Shown: positions 30,501 through 41,071, counted from the stretch's first letter. The stretch is DNA of 64,000 bases from Candidatus Eiseniibacteriota bacterium (GCA_965224245.1 OZ245046.1:1984001-2048000); one strand, 5' to 3'. The notes: generated by a model from the sequence alone, not told the origin. Program-made: numbers and translations.

Positions 30501-33500
30501 ATCCCCTCGAACCAGACCCGGACGTGCTTGACCTGCGTGTAGTCCGGGAATCCCTCGCGAGAGAACTCGAAGTCGGCTCCCAGCGGGATTCGAATGCGGC
30601 GCCAGCCGTTGTCCGGGTCGATGTCGAACTCGTCGCCGAAGTCGCGCTGGATGTCCGTGATCACGATGTTCGTGTCGACCGAGGCCAGCTCGAAGCGATA
30701 CGTGAAGTAGTCGTCGGTGACGTCGAGACCGAGATCGCCGTTCAGGTCCTCGGTATCCAGGAGGTTGTTCTGCTCGGTTCCGTTGATGAACTCGAAGGCC
30801 TCCAGGTTCGCTTCCGGGTCGTCCTCCTCGTCGGGTCGCGAGCCCTCGATGCCCCAGTCGTCGAAGTTCGGATCCGTCTCCTCGGTCCCGTCGAACTCGT
30901 TGTCGAGGCCCGTATCCTCGTTGCACGTCACGTCCAGGTCGAGGCACTCGTCGAGCCGGCCGTCGCGGGTCACGACGTCCTCGGTGTCGAGAAAGCCGAA
31001 GCCCTTCCCGGGTGCGGTGGGGATGAAGTTGTCGCCATCGGGGCCGGTCCGCCACCACACCGCGTCCTCGGAGACCTGGCCGATGTCGAGGTACATCACG
31101 CCTTCCTCGAACACCGCCGGGTTGTTGAAGTCGTTGATCCAGACGTCGAGGAACTGCGCGGTCGAGAGATCCTCGCCCCGGTTCGAGATGGACTGCGTGA
31201 GACCGAACCAGTTCTCCTGCGGGCGGACGACGGTGCCGTCGTCGAGAGTCTCGTTGGGGAGGAGCCACCACTCCAGGACGCGGACCGCGTCGTCGCGCTC
31301 CTCGCTCGAGAGCTCCGGGTTCAGGTCGCCGCGCAGCGTGGCACGCCGCGGAACGTACCAGGCCATGCGTCCGCGCCGCCGGGCCGCCTCCACGTTGGTC
31401 AGGCCGTCGCGATCCAGAAACAACGTGGGCACGCTCGGAAACTTCCAGGCGGTCCGCGTCAGGTTCAGCTCGCGCGCCTCGCGGGCGTCGTCGAACGTGT
31501 CGATGTAGCCGAAGTCCTTCGTGTTCGGATTGGGCAGACTCAGCCCGACGGCGCCCGACATCGTGATCTGCGAGCGCGACGCCGGGGTGTAGAGCGGCAG
31601 CCGGCCCAGGAGATCGGTCAGGAACACCGACTCGGTCTTGTAGTCGCCGGCCAGCTCCCCGATGATCGTGCGCGTCGGCTCCTCACCCAGCTTCACCCGG
31701 CGGTCGGGATTGCCCTTGCTCTCGTACAGCCACGTCGACGAAAGGCCGTAGTCGCCTCCCTCCGGCCGCAACGACGCCGAGAAGCCGGCCAGCGTGGTTG
31801 ACGTCGCGCCGAACGTCGGCGCGAAGGCGAAGGTCACGTTCACCGGCTCGTCGGGCCGGACGTTGGCCGACTCTCGAATGGTCACGGTGCCGAACTCGTA
31901 GTCGATGTCGTAGTCGCTCCCCCGGTTGAGCGTCCGACTCCCGGCGGTGACGACCTCGGAGTTCTCGAGGATGTTGAACGCGTTGAGCTCGATGACGTTG
32001 ATCGGGCTCTGGAACTCCCCGCGCATCTTGTACCGGGTCACGTGCGTGTCCGAGCTGAGCCGGAAGACGGTGGCCTTGTTGTCGTAGATCTCGGGCTCGG
32101 GGTAGTTGCCGAGCAGCGGGTCCAGCTGGCCCGTGGACTCGTCGACGGTGCCGGTGAGCGTGGCGTCGGGCCACGCATCGATCGTCACGTCCGGGACCCC
32201 CAGGATGTTCCTCCGATACCTGATGTCGAACTCGTCCGGAGCGAACGGACGCAGCTGGGGGAAGTGCAACAGACCGGTGGACTCGTTCAGGAGGTCGACG
32301 TCCACCTCGTTGTCGTGGCCGGGAAGGGGCTGGACCCCCTCCAGGCGCTGCACGTCGAGACCCAGCATCTGAAGGTAGGGTGTACCCTCGAAGTTCGGCG
32401 TCGCCGCCACGCCGGTCTGCTGATCCCATACGATGTCGAGGTCCAGGTCGGAGATGTTCCGTCCGCGGATGTTGTAGATGTTCTTGCACTCGAGCACCTG
32501 CGTGGGACCCCACGGTCCGTTCTGCAGGTTCTCGACCCGCAGGATGTCGATCGGGGTCCCGATCATCTTGTAGGTGGGAATCCCACACGGCGCATCCGCC
32601 AGATTCGCACTTCCGATCTGCTCGTTGCCCACGCCGTCCCCATCGATGTCACCGTTCTCTTCCAGCGTCTTGAACGACGCGCAGAGCAGCTCGATGTCGC
32701 CAAGCGGCTGGGTCAGCTCGATCACGAGTCCCCGGAAACGGAAGGTCCCGAGATCGGGGTGCACGACGAACTCGCGATCGCGAACAAGCTCGGAGACCTT
32801 GTACACCTTGTAGTCCGACAGGTCGTCGAACGTGTCGTCGCACCGGGCCGGGGCACCGTCGCATGCGCACGGCGGCAATCCCGTCGGCGTGACGTATGCG
32901 TCGATGGTGGCCTGTTCGGTGTCGGTCAGTCCCGACTGGTCGTCGCGGTACAGCCGGATGCTGCTGGGGTCGATGTTCACCGGGAACAGGAACTCGCCGG
33001 TGTACGTCTCCTGCATGCCCTGGCCGTTCACGTACGTGACCGACCCGTTGACCAGGCGGTTCGGATCGTCGAGGAAGTAGTAGCGGCGGCGGATGTAGTT
33101 CCCCGAGTCGATGTCGTCGATGCGCGTCGAGGACGACGTCGTGCTGGGGACGCTGCGCGTGGACGTCTCGCTCTCCTGCTTCGAGGCGATGGCCGAGACC
33201 TTCACCGGCCCCAGGCGTGCCTCGGAGCTGATCCCGAAGAGCCCCTCGTGACGCCCCCCGTACGAGACGTAACGAGTACCCGGCAGCGACAGGCTGGTGT
33301 TCCCCAGATTCACCCGCTGAATGATCTCGTCCTCGTAGCCCTCGTAGCGGATCTTGATGCGGTTCTCGAGGCTCGTCTCCGCCTCGGAGTTCTGGTCGAT
33401 GTCGATGAATACCTTGTCACCGATCGATCCCTGGAGCTTCAGGAACAGGTTCTGGCGCATGTCCAGGTCGGGGAACTTGGACTCGCTGGAGAGCGCGGTC

Positions 33501-34600
33501 GTCCGGTTGTACGGGCGCCACTCGCTGGTGCCCGAGATGGAGATGGTCTCGCTGCCCGAGACCGAGAGCGTGGACTGCTCGTCTCCGAAGATCGAGTGCA
33601 GGGCGCCCGGCATCGCCGGCAGCTTGATGTCGAAGATGCCGCCGGCCTGCGCCCCCTCCTCCCCGCGGCCGAGCATGCGCTTGCCGAGCCCATCCCACTG
33701 CGACTTGAATCCGGCGCGAAGCTGGAGCGCGGTGAAGTGCTCGGGCGACAGCACGCGCGCCTGCCCGAACGACTCCTCGCGGAGCCGCTGGACCCGCCGG
33801 ATCTCACCGGTGGCCGTGTCCACCTCCAGCACGAACCGCTTGTGCGTGCTGGACCCGGCCAGGCTCCAGCGGGGGGGCACGAAGTACGAGTACTGAAGCG
33901 TGTCGGAGACGGTGACCGCGGTGAAGCCGGCCGCGTAGTAGATCGAGTCCTGAAGGGCGGAGTTTGCGTACGCGTAGAGCACCGCGGCGTCGAGTCCCTC
34001 GCGGTCCCACCACTGCCAGAGGCCCATGCCCTGGCCCCGCGGCCCGGCGACCGGGGTCTCGGGACCGGGACCGGCGCCGTCGACTCCGTCCGTTTCCGGG
34101 GGAACGAGCGGCTCGCCGGCCTCCGTGCGGTCGTCGGGCCCCGGCGCGTCGCCGGATGGGGCGGCGGGGGGGGGCTCGGTGGGCTCGGCCCGCTCGAGCG
34201 TGGCGCCGTCCGCGTCGACGGCTGGATCGGATGAGAGCGCCTCCGCCGGCCCGTCGCCCGAGGGCGCCGGAGCGGCGGTCTCGTCATCGGCCCCCGAGCC
34301 CTCCACCGGGGCGTCCCGGCGGACCTCCCCCGCGCCGTTCGAATCGGGGACCGCCACGCCCGCGGCGATCGGGTCCAGGGAGTCGGCGGGCGCTGCCGCC
34401 GTATCGGCGTCGGCCCGTGAGCTCTCGTGGGGAGTGGTTCCGATCCCCGGTGGCGCGGGAGCCGCGACGTCGTCGGCGACCTCGTCGGCGGCGTGGGGCG
34501 CGGGCGGACTCGGTCCCCCCGCCACGAGAGCGGCCAGGGCGACGATGGCAACGCGCGTGAGCATCCGGGGCCGGAGGGCACGTTGGAAGGTCGGCGTCAT
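27578..34600 (-). CDS. sprA: SprA/Sov-like type IX secretion outer-membrane translocon
   Basis: About 2340 aa with signal peptide; Q.L.L.LQGSIGDK..I.ID.NSE...EN.IKI.YEG.EDEIIQ.V.LGN.SL.LP..GLFG; SE.VT.G.R.L.RG.DY.IDY.FG; KLGEEP; LDTEDLNG; VWVNELRL; beta-strand C-terminus ending in F. Confidence 0.85.
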   Translation of the reverse strand: MTPTFQRALRPRMLTRVAIVALAALVAGGPSPPAPHAADEVADDVAAPAPPGIGTTPHESSRADADTAAAPADSLDPIAAGVAVPDSNGAGEVRRDAPVEGSGADDETAAPAPSGDGPAEALSSDPAVDADGATLERAEPTEPPPAAPSGDAPGPDDRTEAGEPLVPPETDGVDGAGPGPETPVAGPRGQGMGLWQWWDREGLDAAVLYAYANSALQDSIYYAAGFTAVTVSDTLQYSYFVPPRWSLAGSSTHKRFVLEVDTATGEIRRVQRLREESFGQARVLSPEHFTALQLRAGFKSQWDGLGKRMLGRGEEGAQAGGIFDIKLPAMPGALHSIFGDEQSTLSVSGSETISISGTSEWRPYNRTTALSSESKFPDLDMRQNLFLKLQGSIGDKVFIDIDQNSEAETSLENRIKIRYEGYEDEIIQRVNLGNTSLSLPGTRYVSYGGRHEGLFGISSEARLGPVKVSAIASKQESETSTRSVPSTTSSSTRIDDIDSGNYIRRRYYFLDDPNRLVNGSVTYVNGQGMQETYTGEFLFPVNIDPSSIRLYRDDQSGLTDTEQATIDAYVTPTGLPPCACDGAPARCDDTFDDLSDYKVYKVSELVRDREFVVHPDLGTFRFRGLVIELTQPLGDIELLCASFKTLEENGDIDGDGVGNEQIGSANLADAPCGIPTYKMIGTPIDILRVENLQNGPWGPTQVLECKNIYNIRGRNISDLDLDIVWDQQTGVAATPNFEGTPYLQMLGLDVQRLEGVQPLPGHDNEVDVDLLNESTGLLHFPQLRPFAPDEFDIRYRRNILGVPDVTIDAWPDATLTGTVDESTGQLDPLLGNYPEPEIYDNKATVFRLSSDTHVTRYKMRGEFQSPINVIELNAFNILENSEVVTAGSRTLNRGSDYDIDYEFGTVTIRESANVRPDEPVNVTFAFAPTFGATSTTLAGFSASLRPEGGDYGLSSTWLYESKGNPDRRVKLGEEPTRTIIGELAGDYKTESVFLTDLLGRLPLYTPASRSQITMSGAVGLSLPNPNTKDFGYIDTFDDAREARELNLTRTAWKFPSVPTLFLDRDGLTNVEAARRRGRMAWYVPRRATLRGDLNPELSSEERDDAVRVLEWWLLPNETLDDGTVVRPQENWFGLTQSISNRGEDLSTAQFLDVWINDFNNPAVFEEGVMYLDIGQVSEDAVWWRTGPDGDNFIPTAPGKGFGFLDTEDVVTRDGRLDECLDLDVTCNEDTGLDNEFDGTEETDPNFDDWGIEGSRPDEEDDPEANLEAFEFINGTEQNNLLDTEDLNGDLGLDVTDDYFTYRFELASVDTNIVITDIQRDFGDEFDIDPDNGWRRIRIPLGADFEFSREGFPDYTQVKHVRVWFEGIGAAAPIQIATVEFIGNRWQTGAPEAPILNPAGEPADPGELALGQKFAVSVVNNKDNGDIYEPAFDLRQSRDRQGEEFEGYVSLDLLNFPDGYSGTAYRRFAQKQDYTRYDTIEFFTQVGRPSVGDLELEFFIQFGTTDGLNYYEYRKKLRPDDRGGGWTMVEIPIASFSALKQKMSGDQRYIKEIQEDGSWLVVRGSPSFADVRQISLGAKNVSGEFVRSAGVWVNELRLDDVQRNAATASEFRVDTKLSDLGSVNFSYSGQEADFLRVGEVRAGGVKTRSLSFDSSVNVDRFVPRLGLQLPVSYRFSRNTNEPKFRPGTDLIFDGENADLNVTRNSTRRFSVSYSRSPSRNPFLRYTLDGFSGSYSQDVRRNQQPDRADTTRTWNAGINYNFTTPRHRFIPLPLGMQLDYLPKNFSASTSISRSEQKRWSRSGSSVDEPLTLTNENVNKTHTADWRTSYQLLTKPAVNYQFSSSRDLRQEGGKVAGLDLGLETQRTESLSLNHTFVPIREGALGSPLGAAFTSAFNRVVAPFRPNINWSSRFSSRTQISRSDQGFSTRTPQSVENSTTIRTGASIPLSAFGRWLREITRNDPKPADVDSDGEEEAGSDEPRGRRVGGGPRGRSRAGRDDDGQATPGASGRRDGGFGMNVSLLDVNVQYTDGNSNRHSLVDRMPSFSYQLGLTSELDSDIRTLNTNQSRFGDTQNLNLSSGVKLSRIRVAGKRLGASLDVKVTYTDDSSETTTIQKGIDGSISSPTLSISDRTRWPDLQFTLNGLQEGIPFLESRFRRVGLSTRYSRSEDVTGDQTTPDRSVRVTTDWTPLAQFDATLKSGMRVTLKMDRNVGETTNNATSKSIQRDERSSFSLDVQHTINYRRRVKMPFGATRWISTQIDVAGSISIASQKRLSLNESNAFLEDAGLTQSNRDLRVSLDAGYNFTSTVQGNARLQYTENRDNKKISNTRRSLGLTLSASFRF

Positions 34601-34936
34601 CCTCACTCGACGGGGGTTGATGTGGTCGTGCCGACGGCGACGGCATCGATGTCGGCGGCGGCCTCGATGTCAGCGGCTGCACCGACCGCCGGGCCACCTG
34701 CGACGAGGGTGGCGGGCTGCTGTTCACCGACATCCTGCTCGTGTATAAACACACGACTCGTCGGATTGCTGCACCAAAATCGCGGGCTCACGCCGCCCAT
34801 GGGAACTCCCCCGCGTCCGAGCCGTGTCTTATCGGGTACGCCGAGCGCTTCCGGTGCTCGGTTGCGGGAGCAGCCCCGAGGGGGGCTCACCCATCCGGGC
34901 GACGTCCGTCGAGTCAAGTCCAACGGAGAAAACCAC

Positions 34937-36337
34937 TTGATCCTGCAAAGGTACACACTCCGCGAGATGATTTCCCCCTTTTTTCTGGGGTTCTCGTTCG
35001 TGACCTTTCTCCTGATGATGGAGCTGCTGCTGGACTACCTCGAGCTGATCCTCGACAAGGGCGTGCCCGTGTTCACGGTCGCGAAGCTCTTCGTCCTGGC
35101 GCTCGGCTGGATGCTGGCCCTCTCGATCCCGTGCGGCGTGCTCGTGGGCACGCTGATGACGTTCGGTCGCATGAGCCAGGACAACGAGATTCTGGCCATG
35201 CGGAGCTCGGGGGTCTCGGTCCTCACCCTGATGAAGCCGGCGTTCGCGTGGGGCCTCGGCTGGACCCTCTTCCTGATGCTCTTCAACAACATCGTCCTGC
35301 CCTGGAGCAATCACGAGTTCTCGCGGCTGCTCCTCGAGGTGAACCGCAAGCGGCCCACCGCCGAGCTCGACGAGGGGGTCTTCATCGAGGCGTTCGACGG
35401 GCACCGGATCCTGTTCGACCGCCTCAATCCCAAGACCGGCGAGATCCAGGGCATCAAGATCCTCGACTTCCAGAAGGGACGCCGCCCCACGACCACGGTC
35501 GCGGACGCCGGCCGGCTGTTCTACGACGGTGAGCGCGACATGCTGATCCTCGAGCTGGAGGACGGCGAGGTCTACACCGTGCCCTCCGACGCGGTCGAGG
35601 CGGCCTCGCTCCGGCGCACCGAGTTCGCCCAGCATCTCATCCGCATCGGCGGCGAGGGTCAGGGCCCGTTCCGGCCCCGCCTGCGGCGCGGGCAACGCGA
35701 GATGAGCGCGTTTCAGCTCCGTGACGAGATCGCCGCCACCCGGGCCAAGCGCGACACGCTCCTGGCCGAGCAGGACGAGAAGCTCCAGGTGCTCGGCTAC
35801 TCGGGATACGCCGAGCTGGCGGCGTTCGTGGAGACCCCCCAGCCCTGGTACGAGCGGCTGGCGGAGGCGTTCCGGGGCGGCGGGCGCCCGCATCCGCCAC
35901 CCGAGCGTCGCTTCGTCGGCCCGCCCGACGCCCGTCTGGTCGAGAGCTACAAGCTCACGAAGCTCCAGGTGGAGTCGTTCGACAAGCAGATCAACCAGCT
36001 CGAGGTCGAGCTCCACAAGAAGTTCTCGCTCTCGCTGGCCTGCCTCGTCTTCGTGCTCCTCGGTGCCCCGCTCGGGATCGTCGTGCGCCGCGGCGGCATG
36101 CGGGCGGGCGTCTGGAGCATCGGATTCCTGATCTTCTACTACATCTGCCTGATCGGCGGGGAGCAGCTCGCCGATCGTCGCCTCCTGCGGCCGGCCATCA
36201 GCATGTGGCTGGCCAACGCGGTCCTGGGCACGATCGGGCTGGTTCTGGTGGCCAACGTGCTCGGCCTCCGGCACCGCCGCTCGACCCCCCGTTCCGTCGG
36301 GCACCCGCGCCCGCACGAGGAGATCCTGGCCGGATGA
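34937..36337 (+). CDS. lptF: LptF-like LPS export permease (YjgP/YjgQ)
   Basis: ILQRY..RE..PF, FGRMSQDNEI.AM.SSG.S, ELHKKFSL..AC..F..LG.PLG; TTG start with GGAG upstream. Confidence 0.88.
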   Translation: MILQRYTLREMISPFFLGFSFVTFLLMMELLLDYLELILDKGVPVFTVAKLFVLALGWMLALSIPCGVLVGTLMTFGRMSQDNEILAMRSSGVSVLTLMKPAFAWGLGWTLFLMLFNNIVLPWSNHEFSRLLLEVNRKRPTAELDEGVFIEAFDGHRILFDRLNPKTGEIQGIKILDFQKGRRPTTTVADAGRLFYDGERDMLILELEDGEVYTVPSDAVEAASLRRTEFAQHLIRIGGEGQGPFRPRLRRGQREMSAFQLRDEIAATRAKRDTLLAEQDEKLQVLGYSGYAELAAFVETPQPWYERLAEAFRGGGRPHPPPERRFVGPPDARLVESYKLTKLQVESFDKQINQLEVELHKKFSLSLACLVFVLLGAPLGIVVRRGGMRAGVWSIGFLIFYYICLIGGEQLADRRLLRPAISMWLANAVLGTIGLVLVANVLGLRHRRSTPRSVGHPRPHEEILAG

Positions 36338-37416
36338 TCCGAACGCTGGACCGATACGTCATGGTCGAGTTCCTGAAGTACCTGACCCTGGCGATGTGCC
36401 TGTTCATCGGGCTGTTCATCATCGTGGATCTCTTCGAGAAGCTCTCCAAGTTCGTGGACAACACGGCCAGCATCACCGACATCGCGGCGTTCTACGCGTA
36501 CTCGATCCCGTACACGGTCGTGCTCACGATGCCGATGGCGATGCTCCTGGCCAGCCTCATGCTGATCGGTCAGCTCGGGCGCACCGGCGAGCTGGTCGCC
36601 ATGCTCTCGGCCGGCGTGAGCTTCCTCCGGATCCTGTCCCCGGTGCTGGTGTTGTCGGGGCTGTTGAGCGTGGGCAACTTCGCGCTGGCCGAGTGGGTCA
36701 TGCCCGATGCGCTGGAGAAGAAGGACGTCACGCTCAACGAGAAGATCCGCGGCAAGAGCGGCGACGCGGGGAGCCGCAAGCGCAACTTCACGTACATGGG
36801 ACGCGGCGATCGCCTCTACTGGATCTCGACCGTCGACCCGGCGCGCAAGATCCTGCGTGACGTCGTGGTGCAGACGTTCGACGAGGAGCGGCGTGTGACC
36901 GAACGCATCGACGCCCGCGAGGCCACGTTCGTGGACCCGGCGTGGGTGTTCCGCTCGGGCTACCTGCGCTCGGGCATGCCCGACGCCGAGCACGTGGTTC
37001 CGTTCAAGCGGCTCTGGGTCACCACCATCCCCGAGCGTCCGGAGGACTTCATGTCGAAGGAGCCCGACCCGATGAACATGGGGCGGGCGGCGCTCGGTCG
37101 GTACATCGATCGACTGAAGGAAGCGCGGGCGCGAACGCGCAAGCTCGAGGTGAACTATCACCTCAAGCTGGCTTACCCGCTGATCAACTTCATCATCGTG
37201 CTCCTGGGCGCGTCGCTCTCGGTGCGAATCCGACGAACCGGGTGGGCGCTCGGGCTGGGCCTGTCGATGTTCATCGGGTTCGCGTACTACGCGTTCATCC
37301 GCTTCGGACAGGCCATGGGATTCTCGGGTGCGATCCCGCCGCTTCTGGCCGCGTGGCTGGGGAACATCGTGTTCCTCGGCGTGGCGGTGACGTTTCAGGT
37401 GCGCGCGAACCGTTGA
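36334..37416 (+). CDS. lptG: LptG-like LPS export permease (YjgP/YjgQ)
   Basis: LDRY, GELVAM.SAG.S..R, KLAYP, PPLLAAW..N; ATGA overlap with lptF. Confidence 0.88.
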   Translation: MIRTLDRYVMVEFLKYLTLAMCLFIGLFIIVDLFEKLSKFVDNTASITDIAAFYAYSIPYTVVLTMPMAMLLASLMLIGQLGRTGELVAMLSAGVSFLRILSPVLVLSGLLSVGNFALAEWVMPDALEKKDVTLNEKIRGKSGDAGSRKRNFTYMGRGDRLYWISTVDPARKILRDVVVQTFDEERRVTERIDAREATFVDPAWVFRSGYLRSGMPDAEHVVPFKRLWVTTIPERPEDFMSKEPDPMNMGRAALGRYIDRLKEARARTRKLEVNYHLKLAYPLINFIIVLLGASLSVRIRRTGWALGLGLSMFIGFAYYAFIRFGQAMGFSGAIPPLLAAWLGNIVFLGVAVTFQVRANR

Positions 37417-37506
37417 CGTGAGCGGAGCCCGGGGGGAGCGGAGCGGGACGGGGGATCGCACGGCGGCGACGAGCGGGCGCCGCCGCCGGCGAGATCCACG
37501 AGAGGC

Positions 37507-37725
37507 CTACAGATCCTGCGGACGAAGCGTCTTGCGCTTGTTCGCGGTGGCGCGACCCTCGGCGTTCTTGATCGCGTTGCGGACGTGGGCGTCCAGGGCC
37601 GCGTAGAACTCGCTCGAGACGTTGCACTTCTTGACTGCGGCCTTCGTGCGCGACTTCGAGATGATCAGTTCCATCGGCTTCCGCGCCGACGACTTGCGCG
37701 TGCTCTTCTTCTTGGCCTTCGCCAT
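37507..37725 (-). CDS. Prokaryotic histone-fold protein (Bd0055/HTkC-like) with basic N-terminal tail, 72 aa
   Basis: MAKAKKKSTRKSSARKP-MELIISKSRTKAAVKKCNVSSEFYAALDAHVRNAIKNAEGRATANKRKTLRPQDL. RA...RKT...D histone alpha2-L2-alpha3 signature; AAGGAG RBS 9 nt upstream; own promoter. Confidence 0.85.
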   Translation of the reverse strand: MAKAKKKSTRKSSARKPMELIISKSRTKAAVKKCNVSSEFYAALDAHVRNAIKNAEGRATANKRKTLRPQDL

Positions 37726-37818
37726 GGAGTCTCTCTCCTTCGCTGGTGGGGACTCGGAGCGTTGACGCTCCTCGCGCGCCGCGGGCAGCGAACGCACGTG
37801 TTTACACGAACGGTCCGC

Positions 37819-37847
37819 AATATCGGTACCCGCCGGGGGGGTGTCAA
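37819..37847 (-). promoter_or_regulatory. sigma70-type promoter of the histone gene
   Basis: Consensus TTGACA (37847-37842), 17-nt spacer, GATATT (37824-37819); T-run just upstream of the -35. Confidence 0.7.
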
Positions 37848-37946
37848 CGAAAAAGCGCGGGCCCGGAGCGCGATTCGGGGCCGATTCCGGCCTTCCCGGA
37901 GCGATTCCGCCCCGACGGCGCCGACCGGGGCGACCCCTCGCGGAGC

Positions 37947-39290
<1,344 letters not shown>

Positions 39291-39314
39291 GGGGACCTCG
39301 TGAACGTGCCTCGA

Positions 39315-40511
39315 TCAGAAGCGGGAGATGCCCTCCGGCGAATCCGGCTGGCGTGGCTTGTTCACTACCGCATCCGTTCCGGCTCCGTCCACCGGTTTTT
39401 CCTCGGACTCCGACTCGAACTTGCCCCAGCTGGCGTCGGACGCCGAGTGGATCCCCTCCACCCGCAGCTGGAACTCGGTCGGGTTCGACGCATGCCGGAT
39501 CGCCCCGTCCAGCGTGACCAGGTTCTTCCGGTAGAGCTGCATCAGCGACTGGTCGAACGTCTGCATCCCGTAGGTGTTGGATCCCTCCTGGATCGCCTGG
39601 GACAGCATGACCGTCTTGTCGGGATCGATGATCATCTCCTTGACCGCGTCGCTGATGATCATGACCTCCACCGCCGGCACGCGAGAGATCCCATCGGCGC
39701 GCGGAACCAGACGGAGGGTGATGATGGCCTTCAGGTTCGCGGCCAGGAGAAACCGGATCTCGGAGTGCTGGTGGGGCGGGTAGAACGACAGGATGCGGTT
39801 GATCGTCTGCGGGGCGTTCGCGGTGTGGAGCGTGCTCAGAACGAGGTGCCCCGTGTCGGCCGCCATCAGGGCCACCCGCATGGTCTCGGTGTCGCGGATC
39901 TCGCCCAGGAGGATCACGTCGGGATCCTGCCGCAGGATGTGCTTGAGACCGGCCACGTAGCTGTCGGTGTCGAGCCCCACCTCGCGCTGGGAGATGATGC
40001 TCTTCTGATCGCTGTGGAGGAACTCGACGGGGTCCTCGATCGTGATGACGTTCCGCGCCTCGCGCCGGTTGATGGCGTCGATCATCGAGGCCAGGGTCGT
40101 GGACTTTCCGCTTCCCACGGTGCCGGTGACCAGGATCAGGCCGCGCGGCCGCGTGGTGAGCTCCAGCACGATGTCCGGTAGATTGAGCTGCTCGAACCGG
40201 GGGATCTCCAGCGGCACGGTCCGGATCGCACCCGCGATCGTCCCGCGCTGGTAGTAGAGGTTCGCGCGGAAGCGGGCGACGCCCTGGAGCCCGAACGCGA
40301 AGTCGACCTCGCGGTTCGTGCGCAGCTCCTCGCTCTGCTCGGGGGTCATGATCTGCGCCGCCAGGGACTCCAGATCGGCCGGTCCCAGAGGCTGCAGGTC
40401 CAGGTAGTGGAGCTCACCGTCGACTCGAAACGCAGGCGGGCTCCCGTACTTGACGTGCAGGTCGGAGGCCCGTCGTTCGATCATCTCTTGCAGGATGCGC
40501 TGGATATCCAT
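39315..40511 (-). CDS. pilT: PilT/PilU type IV pilus retraction ATPase
   Basis: ASDLH, GTVGSGKSTT, TIEDPVE, QREVG.D, LRQDPDVIL.GE.RD, TGHLV.STLH, GMQTFDQ. Confidence 0.92.
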   Translation of the reverse strand: MDIQRILQEMIERRASDLHVKYGSPPAFRVDGELHYLDLQPLGPADLESLAAQIMTPEQSEELRTNREVDFAFGLQGVARFRANLYYQRGTIAGAIRTVPLEIPRFEQLNLPDIVLELTTRPRGLILVTGTVGSGKSTTLASMIDAINRREARNVITIEDPVEFLHSDQKSIISQREVGLDTDSYVAGLKHILRQDPDVILLGEIRDTETMRVALMAADTGHLVLSTLHTANAPQTINRILSFYPPHQHSEIRFLLAANLKAIITLRLVPRADGISRVPAVEVMIISDAVKEMIIDPDKTVMLSQAIQEGSNTYGMQTFDQSLMQLYRKNLVTLDGAIRHASNPTEFQLRVEGIHSASDASWGKFESESEEKPVDGAGTDAVVNKPRQPDSPEGISRF

Positions 40512-40582
40512 GGAGCCACGTCCTCGCGGGTTCGTCGACCGAAGGGAAAGTCACCCTACGATGATCGGACGTGGCCCCCCGA

Positions 40583-41068
<486 letters not shown>

Positions 41069-41071
41069 CGC

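Noticed and set aside
34030-34500. Low-complexity Pro/Ala/Asp stretch in the SprA N-terminus (also the NusA tail and AccB linker) as DNA repeats
   Set aside because: Compositional bias of disordered linkers with no discrete repeat unit.
37455-37496. Hairpin between convergent lptG and the histone gene as a bidirectional terminator
   Set aside because: A CGGCGGCG/CGCCGCCG stem is present but has no U-tract on either side, so support is insufficient.
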